Source: a virus (Duplodnaviria > Caudoviricetes). From it: a stretch of DNA of 45,116 nt. How positions within the stretch are numbered: position 1 is the first letter of the stretch; each line of letters opens with the position of its first letter. A program made the translations under genes and the position numbers. Under the pieces are notes generated by a model. The model was given only the letters and a program-made list of their open reading frames with translations, did no database searches and was not told the origin of the DNA. Below, one piece after another: positions 17,011 through 25,139 of this stretch. The stretch covers positions 1 through 45,116 of IMG/VR virus record IMGVR_UViG_3300037461_000344; one strand, 5' to 3'.

Positions 17011-17642
17011 TGCCAATCGGATATCACTTTCACAATGGAAAGACTTTGCGCGACGGTCGGCCATTGCCAGAAATAGGCCATTGGCTTGAACACAGCGGAC
17101 AAATCGTAATGTGCAAGTCCGGGCTGCACGGATCTGACGATCCATTCGATGCGCTTCAGTACGCTCCGGGTCCGTGGCTCGATCTGGTCGAGTACGACGG
17201 CGACATTGAGCGACAGACTGACAAGTGGGTTGCGCGCAGGCGCCGCACGATCAAGCGAGTAGACCTGACTGATACGTTGCGATACTTTGCTCGTATGCAA
17301 GCATTGTCGGCAATCATGAGTGCTCCGGCAAACGTTCCTGATGTAGTGCTGGATTGGCTGATGACCGGAGATGAGTCGTTGAAGTCGGCGGCGGAGTCGG
17401 CGGCGTGGTCGGCGGCGTGGTCGGCGGCGGAGTCGGCGGCGAGGTCGGCGGCGTGGTCGGCGGCGTGGTCGGCGGCGGAGTCGGCGGCGAGGTCGGCGGC
17501 GAGGTCGGCGGCGTGGTCGGCGGCGTGGTCGGCGGCGGAGTCGGCGGCGTGGTCGGCGGCGGAGTCGGCAGCGAGGTCGGTGGCGAGTTATGAATTTTCA
17601 ATTCTCGTGAACGAAGCGTTTGAGTGCTGCAATGTCACCTGA
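17007..17642 (+). CDS. Phage protein with CxxGLH N-terminal domain and SAA(W/E/R) tetrapeptide repeats
   Basis: MCKSGLHGS motif and 16 SAAx repeats. Confidence 0.8.
   Translation: MMPIGYHFHNGKTLRDGRPLPEIGHWLEHSGQIVMCKSGLHGSDDPFDALQYAPGPWLDLVEYDGDIERQTDKWVARRRRTIKRVDLTDTLRYFARMQALSAIMSAPANVPDVVLDWLMTGDESLKSAAESAAWSAAWSAAESAARSAAWSAAWSAAESAARSAARSAAWSAAWSAAESAAWSAAESAARSVASYEFSILVNEAFECCNVT
17385..17576 (+). repeat. Sixteen tandem 12-nt units TCGGCGGCG(GAG/TGG/AGG)
   Basis: Read directly from the sequence. Confidence 0.95.
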
Positions 17643-17865
17643 GCGCTACCCTTATAACGTCGATACGGGATTTCTCGATCAGCGCCGCCTGGACGACTAT
17701 CAGCGTGGTGGACGGCCGACATCAACGCACTGGTGCCCGTACTGCGGGGATTACATGCCACGCGGGGTGCAGCCGGAAACCTGGCGGTGCTGCGGCGAGG
17801 TCGGGCACGCGGTAGACACTGAGCAGGATGAGGCTCAACGGAAACAGGAGAGGGAAGATGAGTGA
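17632..17865 (+). CDS. Small putative zinc-binding protein
   Basis: CPYC...CC..H pattern. Confidence 0.55.
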   Translation: MSPERYPYNVDTGFLDQRRLDDYQRGGRPTSTHWCPYCGDYMPRGVQPETWRCCGEVGHAVDTEQDEAQRKQEREDE

Positions 17866-18070
17866 GTGGATCAGGAGCGCCGCGTATTCGCGCGGCGACC
17901 ATCAGGTCAAGGCCGTGCAGTGCGGGCCGAACATGGTACTGGTGATGCTCAATGTCGGGCTGATGGACGCGAACATCGCTATCAGTCTGGAAGCGGCAGA
18001 GCAATTGGCCGAGCAGATCAAGGCATCCGTAGCTGCGGCGCGCTCGGAATCGCTGAAGGAGGCCGCATGA
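17858..18070 (+). CDS. Hypothetical protein
   Basis: GGAGAGGG SD; ends in KEAA coupled to the next gene. Confidence 0.65.
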   Translation: MSEWIRSAAYSRGDHQVKAVQCGPNMVLVMLNVGLMDANIAISLEAAEQLAEQIKASVAAARSESLKEAA

Positions 18071-18831
18071 GCAACATCAAGATTGCCGCCTACGGCCGCT
18101 GGTCTAGCCGCAAGACTTTGCAGATCGCATCGCTGATCGAGCGATTCGGGTCGGATAGTGTCGTCATCGTGAATGCCGACAAGGGCATCGGCCCGGTTCA
18201 CTCGGTAGCCAAGAATGTCGTGGAGGCGAACAGCCTCGATGATCTGCGCCGGGCTTACGGCGATGTGGTTAAGTTCATCAAGGACAAGCCGGATGCATGG
18301 TTGTGCCTCGACGGCATGACCCGCGTGATGAACTGGATTGCGGACGAGGCCATCGGCGGGGCTGACGAGTATGCCGAACAGCTGGCGCTCGGCACTCCGC
18401 ACGCCGGGATCGAGACGCGCCTGAAGCCGTATCGCCGGTTTGTGACGAGCGATGGCGGCGTGGACATGATGAGGATTTACGGGTTAATCGGCACAGACTC
18501 GAAGAACCTGTTAGGCGCGTGGCTCAAGCTCAACTGCAACTTGTATAGCACCTATCTGGAGGACCAGACGAGCAACGGCCGAGACAAGGGTCCACCGTAT
18601 GTTCCGGACGTTCCTGGGCAGGTCGGACTCAAGGCAGTGATGTCCACATACGACTTCGTTATCCGCCTCACGATCAAGAACGGCAAGTGCGTAGCTCAGA
18701 TGGACCCGACCTCGGCGCTGTACCTGAGTCGCACCCGCGAAGATCAGAGCGTGAGCGGCGCGCTGCCGAAAGAGATCGATGATTTCAGCCTGGCGGACTT
18801 CGTGTGCAGGATCAGGGGATTGAATCAGTGA
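18067..18831 (+). CDS. AAA_24/Sak4-like P-loop ATPase or recombinase with degenerate Walker A
   Basis: YGRWSSRKT, NADKG, LCLDGMT and YDFVIRL; precedes SSB-like and exonuclease genes. Confidence 0.65.
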   Translation: MSNIKIAAYGRWSSRKTLQIASLIERFGSDSVVIVNADKGIGPVHSVAKNVVEANSLDDLRRAYGDVVKFIKDKPDAWLCLDGMTRVMNWIADEAIGGADEYAEQLALGTPHAGIETRLKPYRRFVTSDGGVDMMRIYGLIGTDSKNLLGAWLKLNCNLYSTYLEDQTSNGRDKGPPYVPDVPGQVGLKAVMSTYDFVIRLTIKNGKCVAQMDPTSALYLSRTREDQSVSGALPKEIDDFSLADFVCRIRGLNQ

Positions 18832-18833
18832 AT

Positions 18834-19026
18834 CGCGGCATTTCCTCCTACGGCTGCTCCCGGCCGTCCGTGATAGGGACTTGAGCGCGCCTCGACACCA
18901 TTCCGCTGGCCCGGCGGTGCGCGTGGGGCACATAACATCACTAAAAACCGCAGGGGCTGACTTTAAGCGGGATACAAGATACGTCAGACACGGCGGCAAC
19001 TGCCGGGAGCGCAAATTTGGTGCCGA
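18834..19026 (+). ncRNA. Candidate structured intergenic RNA
   Basis: Nested long-range stems GCTCCCGGC/GCCGGGAGC and CCGTG/CACGG enclosing internal hairpins. Confidence 0.4.
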
Positions 19027-19062
19027 AAGTTGCATCTCAACTCAACGAAAAGGTACGCAACG

Positions 19063-19512
19063 ATGATCAGCTACAACTGGAACGACGCCGCATACGCTGA
19101 ACTGGAATCCGAGGCAGCCAAGGACAACAGGCTGGGGCACCAGACCTTCATGGTAACCGAGGTCCGCAACGAGACGTGGCCGAGCGGCGACCCACGCATC
19201 AAAGTGCTTGGCATCCTCACGACCGCCAACTCCGCGAAGTGCGATTTGACAGTCAGCCCGCCGCCCGCGCCTGAGGTCGTCAAGGATCTCATGGCAACGT
19301 GGGAGCCGGCCAAGAAGAAGGCGATCAGCCAGACCATCACGATCTACCGTGAAATGAGCAAGCACTACGGCAAGACGCCGGAGACGCTGATTGCCGGCGA
19401 CGAGATCAACGTTAACGTCGTGAAGAACAAGGAGGGCTTCATCCGGATTGCGTCGGTGCTGCCGCCTGGCGATCTGGCCGCCAAGGCCGACGCTTCGATG
19501 CCGGGCTTTTAG
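19063..19512 (+). CDS. Putative single-stranded DNA-binding protein
   Basis: Position between Sak4-like and exonuclease genes; size; C-terminal PGF tail. Confidence 0.5.
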   Translation: MISYNWNDAAYAELESEAAKDNRLGHQTFMVTEVRNETWPSGDPRIKVLGILTTANSAKCDLTVSPPPAPEVVKDLMATWEPAKKKAISQTITIYREMSKHYGKTPETLIAGDEINVNVVKNKEGFIRIASVLPPGDLAAKADASMPGF

Positions 19513-19607
19513 CCGTCCGCAGGACTGGGCGAAAGCGGATGCCGCAGCACTCGTGCCGGAGCCTAGGCAGCGGACGTAGCGAGTAGCCCAACAATTTAGG
19601 AGCCAAT

Positions 19608-20408
19608 ATGCCGATCACCAGTTGGATCTGCGCCGCCTGCGGGGGACGAGAGGTGCCGCTCGACCACTTCGCTACCACCAGTTGCGGCGAGAAGGTGCAC
19701 CCAGACTACGCGGCGGCGATCCTGGCCGACAGGGCTGATCAGTACGTCACCGGAAAGGTGAGAGTAAGTCATGGGCTAGGGTGCCCGCGCAGGGCTGCCA
19801 TAGAGGAATCCGAGGGCTTTGCGGTGGACCCGCTGGACCTGAACAGTATGCTGACAGGCACGGCGTGGCACGCATTCGTGGAGCGGGCCGGACCGAAAGA
19901 GTGGGTCGAAGTCGAGGTCAGCGGCAAGCTCGCCGGTGTTCAAGTAGCCGGCAAGATGGATCGGTTGCGCCAGTTGTCTGACGGCACCTGGGCCATCGAG
20001 GACTGGAAGCACGTCAACGACTTCGGCGTGAAGTTCATATCGGCAGGGCCGAAGGCCGAACACAAGATTCAGACATCGCTGTACGCTGAACTGCTAGAGC
20101 AGTGCGGGAGCCAGCGGCCGACCGTTGGAATAATCTGGTACCACAGCAGCCAGCAAGGCAAAGCCGCACTGACGTCGCACAAGTTCGATCTGATGCCGAC
20201 TCACGAGGCATTGGATCAGCGTCCATACGACTGCGACTACACGGTAGCCGAGTTGCTCAAACAGGCTGCCAGCCACTACGAGGACGGAATCAAGTGGCAG
20301 GAGTTGCCGCTAGCGGGCAAGAGCATTAAGTTCGGCACAAAGACGGCCTGTAACTACTGTTCAGTCATGTCGGTTTGCAGAGAGGCTGAAGTTGGCGCAC
20401 CCTTCTAG
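19608..20408 (+). CDS. Cas4/RecB-like PD-(D/E)XK exonuclease with Fe-S cysteines
   Basis: CPRR, GKMD..IEDWK, QTSLY and C-terminal CNYC-x5-C. Confidence 0.82.
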   Translation: MPITSWICAACGGREVPLDHFATTSCGEKVHPDYAAAILADRADQYVTGKVRVSHGLGCPRRAAIEESEGFAVDPLDLNSMLTGTAWHAFVERAGPKEWVEVEVSGKLAGVQVAGKMDRLRQLSDGTWAIEDWKHVNDFGVKFISAGPKAEHKIQTSLYAELLEQCGSQRPTVGIIWYHSSQQGKAALTSHKFDLMPTHEALDQRPYDCDYTVAELLKQAASHYEDGIKWQELPLAGKSIKFGTKTACNYCSVMSVCREAEVGAPF

Positions 20409-20832
20409 CCTTCCGACGATCATAATCGATACGCGCGAGAAAGATCCATTCCCGCTGGTAGGCTACGAAACTCAGGTTGCCACGCTGCGTACCGGGGATT
20501 ACTCGCTGCTCGGGTTTGAGGATCGCGTGGCGGTGGAGAGAAAATCAAAATCGGATGCGTACGGCTGCGTGGGGGCGGGCCGCAAACGGTTCGTCGAATG
20601 CTTGGAGCGCCTGGCCGAACTGGATCGTGCTGCCATCGTTATCGAACGCTCGATCGAGGACTTCAACAGGAACCCGCCAGCCCGCACGAAGATCGACTCG
20701 CGGATGGCGGTGGGCAGTTACATCTCGTGGGCCTGCAAGTACAGGATTCCGGTGTTCTGGTGCGATAACAGAGGGTATGCGGAGAGGATTACTGTGAGGT
20801 TCCTGGCGGCTTATGTCAAACACTGTGCATGA
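20392..20832 (+). CDS. ERCC4/XPF-domain nuclease
   Basis: IIDTRE, TGDYSL and VERKS..D motifs. Confidence 0.88.
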   Translation: MAHPSSLPTIIIDTREKDPFPLVGYETQVATLRTGDYSLLGFEDRVAVERKSKSDAYGCVGAGRKRFVECLERLAELDRAAIVIERSIEDFNRNPPARTKIDSRMAVGSYISWACKYRIPVFWCDNRGYAERITVRFLAAYVKHCA

Positions 20833-21613
20833 TCCATTCAAGATTGAAGGACCGGCCTGCATCAGTTTCAGCGGAGGACGGACGAGCGGCTACATGCTCT
20901 GGCGCATATTGCAGGCCTACGGCGGAAAACTGCCTGACGATGTAGTGGTCTGCTTTGCGAACACCGGCAAGGAGATGACGCAGACGTTGGATTTTGTGAA
21001 GGAGTGCAGCGATCAGTGGAATGTGCAGATCGTGTGGCTAGAGTACGGACACGACTTCGACAAAAAAGTGACTTATAGGACGGCCAGTAGACATGGAGAG
21101 CCGTTTGCTAGCCTAATTAAGCGCAAGAACTACCTACCGAATCCAGTTACAAGATTTTGCACAAGCGACCTGAAAGTTAAGCTGATAGAAAATCATTGTA
21201 AGTCTATTGGATTGGAAGAATGGACGACGCTTGTAGGTATTCGCGCAGACGAACCTAGAAGAGTAGCAAAGATTCGCAGCCAGTCGACAAAGTTAGCTCC
21301 GCTTGCCGAAGCTGGAATAGTTGAGGAGGTTGTCGAGGATTTCTGGTCACGCAACGACTTCGATCTTGATCTTCCATACAGGACGCATTCCAACTGCGAC
21401 CTGTGCTTCTTGAAGGGGGCCGGACAGATAATGTCTCTTATCAGAGAGAATCATGAAAGAGCACTTTGGTGGATTGAGCAGGAAAAGAAGATAGGGGCGA
21501 CGTTTCGCTCGGACCGTCCTTCATACGCCGAGATGTACCGCATGGCTACACAGCACGGTGAACTGTTTTCGTTTGACGATGAACCGATACAAGATTGCGC
21601 ATGCACTGACTAG
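20813..21613 (+). CDS. PAPS-reductase-like PP-loop (adenine nucleotide alpha-hydrolase) protein
   Basis: SFSGGRTS, FANTGKE, RFCTSDLK, GIRADE, NCDLCFLK and C-terminal CAC. Confidence 0.85.
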   Translation: MSNTVHDPFKIEGPACISFSGGRTSGYMLWRILQAYGGKLPDDVVVCFANTGKEMTQTLDFVKECSDQWNVQIVWLEYGHDFDKKVTYRTASRHGEPFASLIKRKNYLPNPVTRFCTSDLKVKLIENHCKSIGLEEWTTLVGIRADEPRRVAKIRSQSTKLAPLAEAGIVEEVVEDFWSRNDFDLDLPYRTHSNCDLCFLKGAGQIMSLIRENHERALWWIEQEKKIGATFRSDRPSYAEMYRMATQHGELFSFDDEPIQDCACTD

Positions 21614-21647
21614 TTGCGTTGCAGCTTACGTGAAGCACTGCACATGA

Positions 21648-22958
21648 ATGAGCGCGTACTACAACGAGATCGAACCGTTCGCGGCGCAGTGGTTGCGCAA
21701 CCTGATCGCGAGAAACCTGATTGCGCCCGGAGACGTTGATGAGCGCAGCATCGTCGAAGTGCAACCCAACGACCTCAGAGGCTACGCCCAGTGCCACTTC
21801 TTCGCCGGCATTGGCGGATGGGGCTACGCCTTGCGGATTGCCGGATGGGCCGATGACCGACCTGTTTGGACAGGCTCTTGCCCATGTCAGCCGTTCAGCA
21901 CGGCCGGCAAGCAGCGTGGCAGCGACGATGAGCGCCACCTATGGCCTGCGTTCTTCCGCCTCATCCGCGAGTGTCGCCCTGCAACAGTCTTTGGCGAGCA
22001 GGTTGCAGGAGCGGCTGGATATGCGTGGTGGGACCATGTGGCAGCAGACCTGGAAGGCGAAGGTTACGCCGCTGCGGCGTGTGATATCGGCGCACACTCA
22101 GTCGGGGCTCCGCACATCAGACAGCGATTGTTCTGGGTGGCCGACGCCGACCGCACAGGATCACTTCTCGGCGAATGCGACAGCGAACCGCAGCAACCCG
22201 GACAGCAAGCACCACGCGGGCACGACGCTGACGGACGCGGCCCGGTTTGCGGGATGGGCGACGCCGACGACGCGAGACTGGAAAGACGGCGCAACGAGTC
22301 TGGAGAACGTGCCGGTCAATTCACTTCTTGGCAGGCAAGTCCTTGGAGCAGCCTCGAATGGCTCCAATGCTCCGACGGAAAAGCGCGGCCAACTCAACCC
22401 GGCCTTTTCCCGCTGGCTCATGGGTTACAATCCTCACTGGTGCGATGCGGAGATATTGAAGCCGCTGCCATTCAGGAGGTTCTAAATGCCAGCATTGATC
22501 CCGACCCCGGAAAAGCGCTGCGAGTTCTGTGGCAAGCCTTACGAACGACGGTACATCAATGGACGGTTGGAGGACCGTGGAGTATTCATTCGACGGAAAT
22601 TCTGCTCGCTTTCATGCTCAGTCTCCGCGCAGCATGCAATGCCACCGCCTACGGAAGCGGCGGCGCGCAAGCGAGCAAAGCGGTTCATTGGCGTGCGCTG
22701 CGATTCCTGCGGATGGTCAGACGGCTTGACCGTTCACCACATCGACGGCAACCCGTTGAACAACCGGCTCACGAACTTACAGACGTTGTGCGGGTACTGT
22801 CACTCAACATGGCACGCCACGCTGAAGCGTATTGGTTTGCTGCCGAGGATGCCTATGCCTCGACTAATCGAGTGGGACGACTGCGCGCCTACGGCAACGC
22901 AATCGTCCCGCAAGTCGCGGCCGAGTTCATCGGAGCAGTGATGGAGCGCAGGCCATGA
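21648..22958 (+). CDS. C5-cytosine DNA methyltransferase, alpha chain (M.EcoHK31I-like) with a ~146-aa insertion
   Basis: FFAGIGG (I), GSCPCQPFS (IV), GEQV (VI), HIRQRLF (VIII), GNAIVP (X); motif IX is missing from this frame. Confidence 0.9.
   Translation: MSAYYNEIEPFAAQWLRNLIARNLIAPGDVDERSIVEVQPNDLRGYAQCHFFAGIGGWGYALRIAGWADDRPVWTGSCPCQPFSTAGKQRGSDDERHLWPAFFRLIRECRPATVFGEQVAGAAGYAWWDHVAADLEGEGYAAAACDIGAHSVGAPHIRQRLFWVADADRTGSLLGECDSEPQQPGQQAPRGHDADGRGPVCGMGDADDARLERRRNESGERAGQFTSWQASPWSSLEWLQCSDGKARPTQPGLFPLAHGLQSSLVRCGDIEAAAIQEVLNASIDPDPGKALRVLWQALRTTVHQWTVGGPWSIHSTEILLAFMLSLRAACNATAYGSGGAQASKAVHWRALRFLRMVRRLDRSPHRRQPVEQPAHELTDVVRVLSLNMARHAEAYWFAAEDAYASTNRVGRLRAYGNAIVPQVAAEFIGAVMERRP
21853..22485 (+). 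CDS. Alternative-frame methyltransferase beta chain nested in the alpha gene
   Basis: +1 frame; WPTP and WATP repeats and GQLNPAFSRWLMGY (motif IX-like), as in M.EcoHK31I beta; start uncertain (21739 or 21853). Confidence 0.75.
   Translation: MTDLFGQALAHVSRSARPASSVAATMSATYGLRSSASSASVALQQSLASRLQERLDMRGGTMWQQTWKAKVTPLRRVISAHTQSGLRTSDSDCSGWPTPTAQDHFSANATANRSNPDSKHHAGTTLTDAARFAGWATPTTRDWKDGATSLENVPVNSLLGRQVLGAASNGSNAPTEKRGQLNPAFSRWLMGYNPHWCDAEILKPLPFRRF
22486..22941 (+). CDS. HNH endonuclease fully nested in the +1 frame of the methyltransferase gene
   Basis: CEFC, FCSLSC, CDSC, HHIDGNPLNN..NLQTLCGYCH; GGAGG SD; ATG immediately follows the beta-chain TAA. Confidence 0.85.
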   Translation: MPALIPTPEKRCEFCGKPYERRYINGRLEDRGVFIRRKFCSLSCSVSAQHAMPPPTEAAARKRAKRFIGVRCDSCGWSDGLTVHHIDGNPLNNRLTNLQTLCGYCHSTWHATLKRIGLLPRMPMPRLIEWDDCAPTATQSSRKSRPSSSEQ

Positions 22959-23161
22959 ACCAGAACCTCAAGGAACAAATGGACTGGTACGCCAGCCAGC
23001 CAGTCAGCTACCGCCGCATGTGGTGGAAGTGGGCAACCGAGCAACCGAACTATCACGAGATGCACCAGGTTGCGCTGGCGACCGAGAAAGACGAATCGGT
23101 GCTCAGGATCATGCGCGTGATTGATGAGCAGGTGCGCGACGGCAGGAAGGTGAAAGTGTGA
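22955..23161 (+). CDS. Hypothetical protein
   Basis: ATGA overlap. Confidence 0.65.
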   Translation: MNQNLKEQMDWYASQPVSYRRMWWKWATEQPNYHEMHQVALATEKDESVLRIMRVIDEQVRDGRKVKV

Positions 23162-23308
23162 AGCGCTGGTCGTCACTGATCGACTGGATCACGATGCCGA
23201 TCTGGCTGCCGGCCATGTTTGCGGTTGCACTGGTCGCATTCTGCGCCGGCTGGCTGCTGACGCAATTGCGGGATTCACAGGACTGAACGCTGCTGAGAGA
23301 CTCCAATA

Positions 23309-23548
23309 ATGAACTACCGTTGCTGCAAGCGCTGCATGAATCTCAAACCAATGACTGACGAGTTCTGGGGACGATATAGCGCCAGAAGGAGATTCAAGCA
23401 CGTTTGCAATGAGTGCCTGGCAAAGTCGATCAACCCGGCCAGGTTCCAGAAAGACGACAGCAAGACGCACAGGAAAGACGTGATGGGCCGGTTCAAGCGA
23501 CACCCGCTTGACGATGTGATGATGCAGTGGGGGAGGATGGGGGCATGA
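23309..23548 (+). CDS. Small zinc-finger-like protein
   Basis: CKRC...CNEC. Confidence 0.6.
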   Translation: MNYRCCKRCMNLKPMTDEFWGRYSARRRFKHVCNECLAKSINPARFQKDDSKTHRKDVMGRFKRHPLDDVMMQWGRMGA

Positions 23549-24024
23549 TCAAATCTTGCGACAATAAGCACTCGTTTCTCAGCGGCGCGCACCGGCGATG
23601 CCCGTGGTGCGAAATTGACCGGTATCGAGTAGATAATCAGCAGTTTTTGAAAGAGAGAAACGAGGCACTCGACTTGACACAAAAAAAGATCGAAGAAATC
23701 GAGCGTCTACGAGCCGAGTGTCTGCGGCTTAATCACGAGGAAGCCGAAGCAATGTCTGTTGTGCTTTCTCAAGAAGGCCAAATAGAACGGCTGCGGGCCG
23801 AGCTTGCCGACGCGATGGCGGCTATCGACAGGCTGCATGAGCAGCGCAGGGAGCTTGAAGCAGTGCGGGATGCGCTGCGCGAGGATGCGGAGCGGTATCG
23901 GTGGCTCGTACACGACCATGATGACGCGACCTCGAGGGTCAAGTGCCGAGCCATTCTTGAAAGGCTGCCCTCCATGTCCTACAGTGCAGCAAGCACAGCA
24001 ATCGACACAGCGAGGAAAGAATGA
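23545..24024 (+). CDS. Coiled-coil protein with DAERYRWL motif (Ead/Ea22-like)
   Basis: CPWC, repeated EIERLRAE, DAERYRWL. Confidence 0.7.
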   Translation: MIKSCDNKHSFLSGAHRRCPWCEIDRYRVDNQQFLKERNEALDLTQKKIEEIERLRAECLRLNHEEAEAMSVVLSQEGQIERLRAELADAMAAIDRLHEQRRELEAVRDALREDAERYRWLVHDHDDATSRVKCRAILERLPSMSYSAASTAIDTARKE

Positions 24025-24236
24025 GCCGCCGCACGTCTACGGCAACTATAGTGCAAGCTCTGCGCGTGTTGGCCGCTGACATTCGGAGCGACGACGGAGT
24101 GGCCAGCGCAACGTGTGCCGAGGCGGCGGATAGACTTGACGAGTTGGTCAAAATGCTGCGCGTAGCGGCAGGAACGCCGAGCCACGAGCGGTGGTCTACC
24201 GACTTCCGCGGAAGCGTGGAGAGGGCGATTCGATGA
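24021..24236 (+). CDS. Hypothetical protein
   Basis: ATGA overlap; EAADRLDEL motif. Confidence 0.7.
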   Translation: MSRRTSTATIVQALRVLAADIRSDDGVASATCAEAADRLDELVKMLRVAAGTPSHERWSTDFRGSVERAIR

Positions 24237-24272
24237 CAGACATTGTTGAACGATTGATAAAGCGATGAAGCC

Positions 24273-24551
24273 ATGACGCCAGAGCAAACCATGCTGTTCA
24301 AACGCCTGATTGAGTACGCGCACCGGCAGGCAATGATGAGAAACGGCCAAATCGCGCAGGACATTCGACTGGCGCTGAACGATGCCGCGAGGTACTGGCA
24401 CCTTCGTGACAAGAGCGATCCTGATCTGTGTCGTTACTACTTGGCGTCTGACGATCCGGCCAACAAGTTTAATGACCCCGATCACGTTGACAAGCAGATC
24501 GACACTGACCGGGCCAACATGGAGGCGCGCGACCGCGCGAGGAAAGCATGA
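24273..24551 (+). CDS. Hypothetical protein (DAARYWHL motif)
   Basis: 92 aa, coupled to the next gene. Confidence 0.6.
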   Translation: MTPEQTMLFKRLIEYAHRQAMMRNGQIAQDIRLALNDAARYWHLRDKSDPDLCRYYLASDDPANKFNDPDHVDKQIDTDRANMEARDRARKA

Positions 24552-24808
24552 GCAAGTACGAAGATCGCCTTATCGAAGAAGCCTTTGACAAAACGAGGAT
24601 GCGCGCACTTCTTGTCTTGCGCGCGGCCGTTGAGGCGATGATGGCGCCGCTTGGATACCACGGCTCAATATCTGCACAAGACGATAGGGTGCAGTCGGTA
24701 ATGAATGCGCTGGCGCAAATCGACGAAATTGAAAACAACTCCACGCCTGTCAGATGGGCCGCTGCTCTAGCGGCGTTAAGCGACAAAGACAAGAGGGGTC
24801 CGCTATGA
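24548..24808 (+). CDS. Hypothetical protein
   Basis: ATGA overlap. Confidence 0.65.
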   Translation: MSKYEDRLIEEAFDKTRMRALLVLRAAVEAMMAPLGYHGSISAQDDRVQSVMNALAQIDEIENNSTPVRWAAALAALSDKDKRGPL

Positions 24809-25104
24809 GCGACATCAACGAAGTTCCAGTATTTGCAGCACAACAAATGCAGACAGGTGCAAACATCGGCAGCAAATGCCTGCGGGTGAAGAATTGGAGC
24901 GAACGCACCGCAGAGGAAAAGCTGGACGCCATGCGCGATCACATTGAAGTGCTTACGCATCGGCTGCAAGATGCCGAGACGCTGCTGCAACGATTGCGCT
25001 TTCACCAGCACTCGCCGAGCGGAGAATTGGTCGTCTATCTTGAGCGAATCGGCAACAGGATCGAACACTTTGAGTTACGCCTGCCGAGTGGCTTGCGAGG
25101 GTGA
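24805..25104 (+). CDS. Hypothetical protein, last gene of the plus-strand arm
   Basis: ATGA overlap, GAGGGG SD. Confidence 0.65.
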   Translation: MSDINEVPVFAAQQMQTGANIGSKCLRVKNWSERTAEEKLDAMRDHIEVLTHRLQDAETLLQRLRFHQHSPSGELVVYLERIGNRIEHFELRLPSGLRG

Positions 25105-25139
25105 AAATGAGCCTGCCTGACTGGATGCCGCCGCTCACC

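Noticed and set aside
17385-17576. Tandem repeat as a CRISPR array, given the Cas4-like gene 2 kb away
   Set aside because: The 12-nt units have no spacers and lie in frame in a protein; no cas1 or cas2 is present
17314-17601. Pro/Thr-rich and Gly/Val-rich ORFs
   Set aside because: Alternative readings of the 12-nt tandem repeat
22428-22865. Methyltransferase insertion as an intein or group I intron
   Set aside because: No intein-like C/S start with an HN-C/S/T end in the alpha frame and no recognisable intron core; the nuclease is in a different frame. Not excluded experimentally
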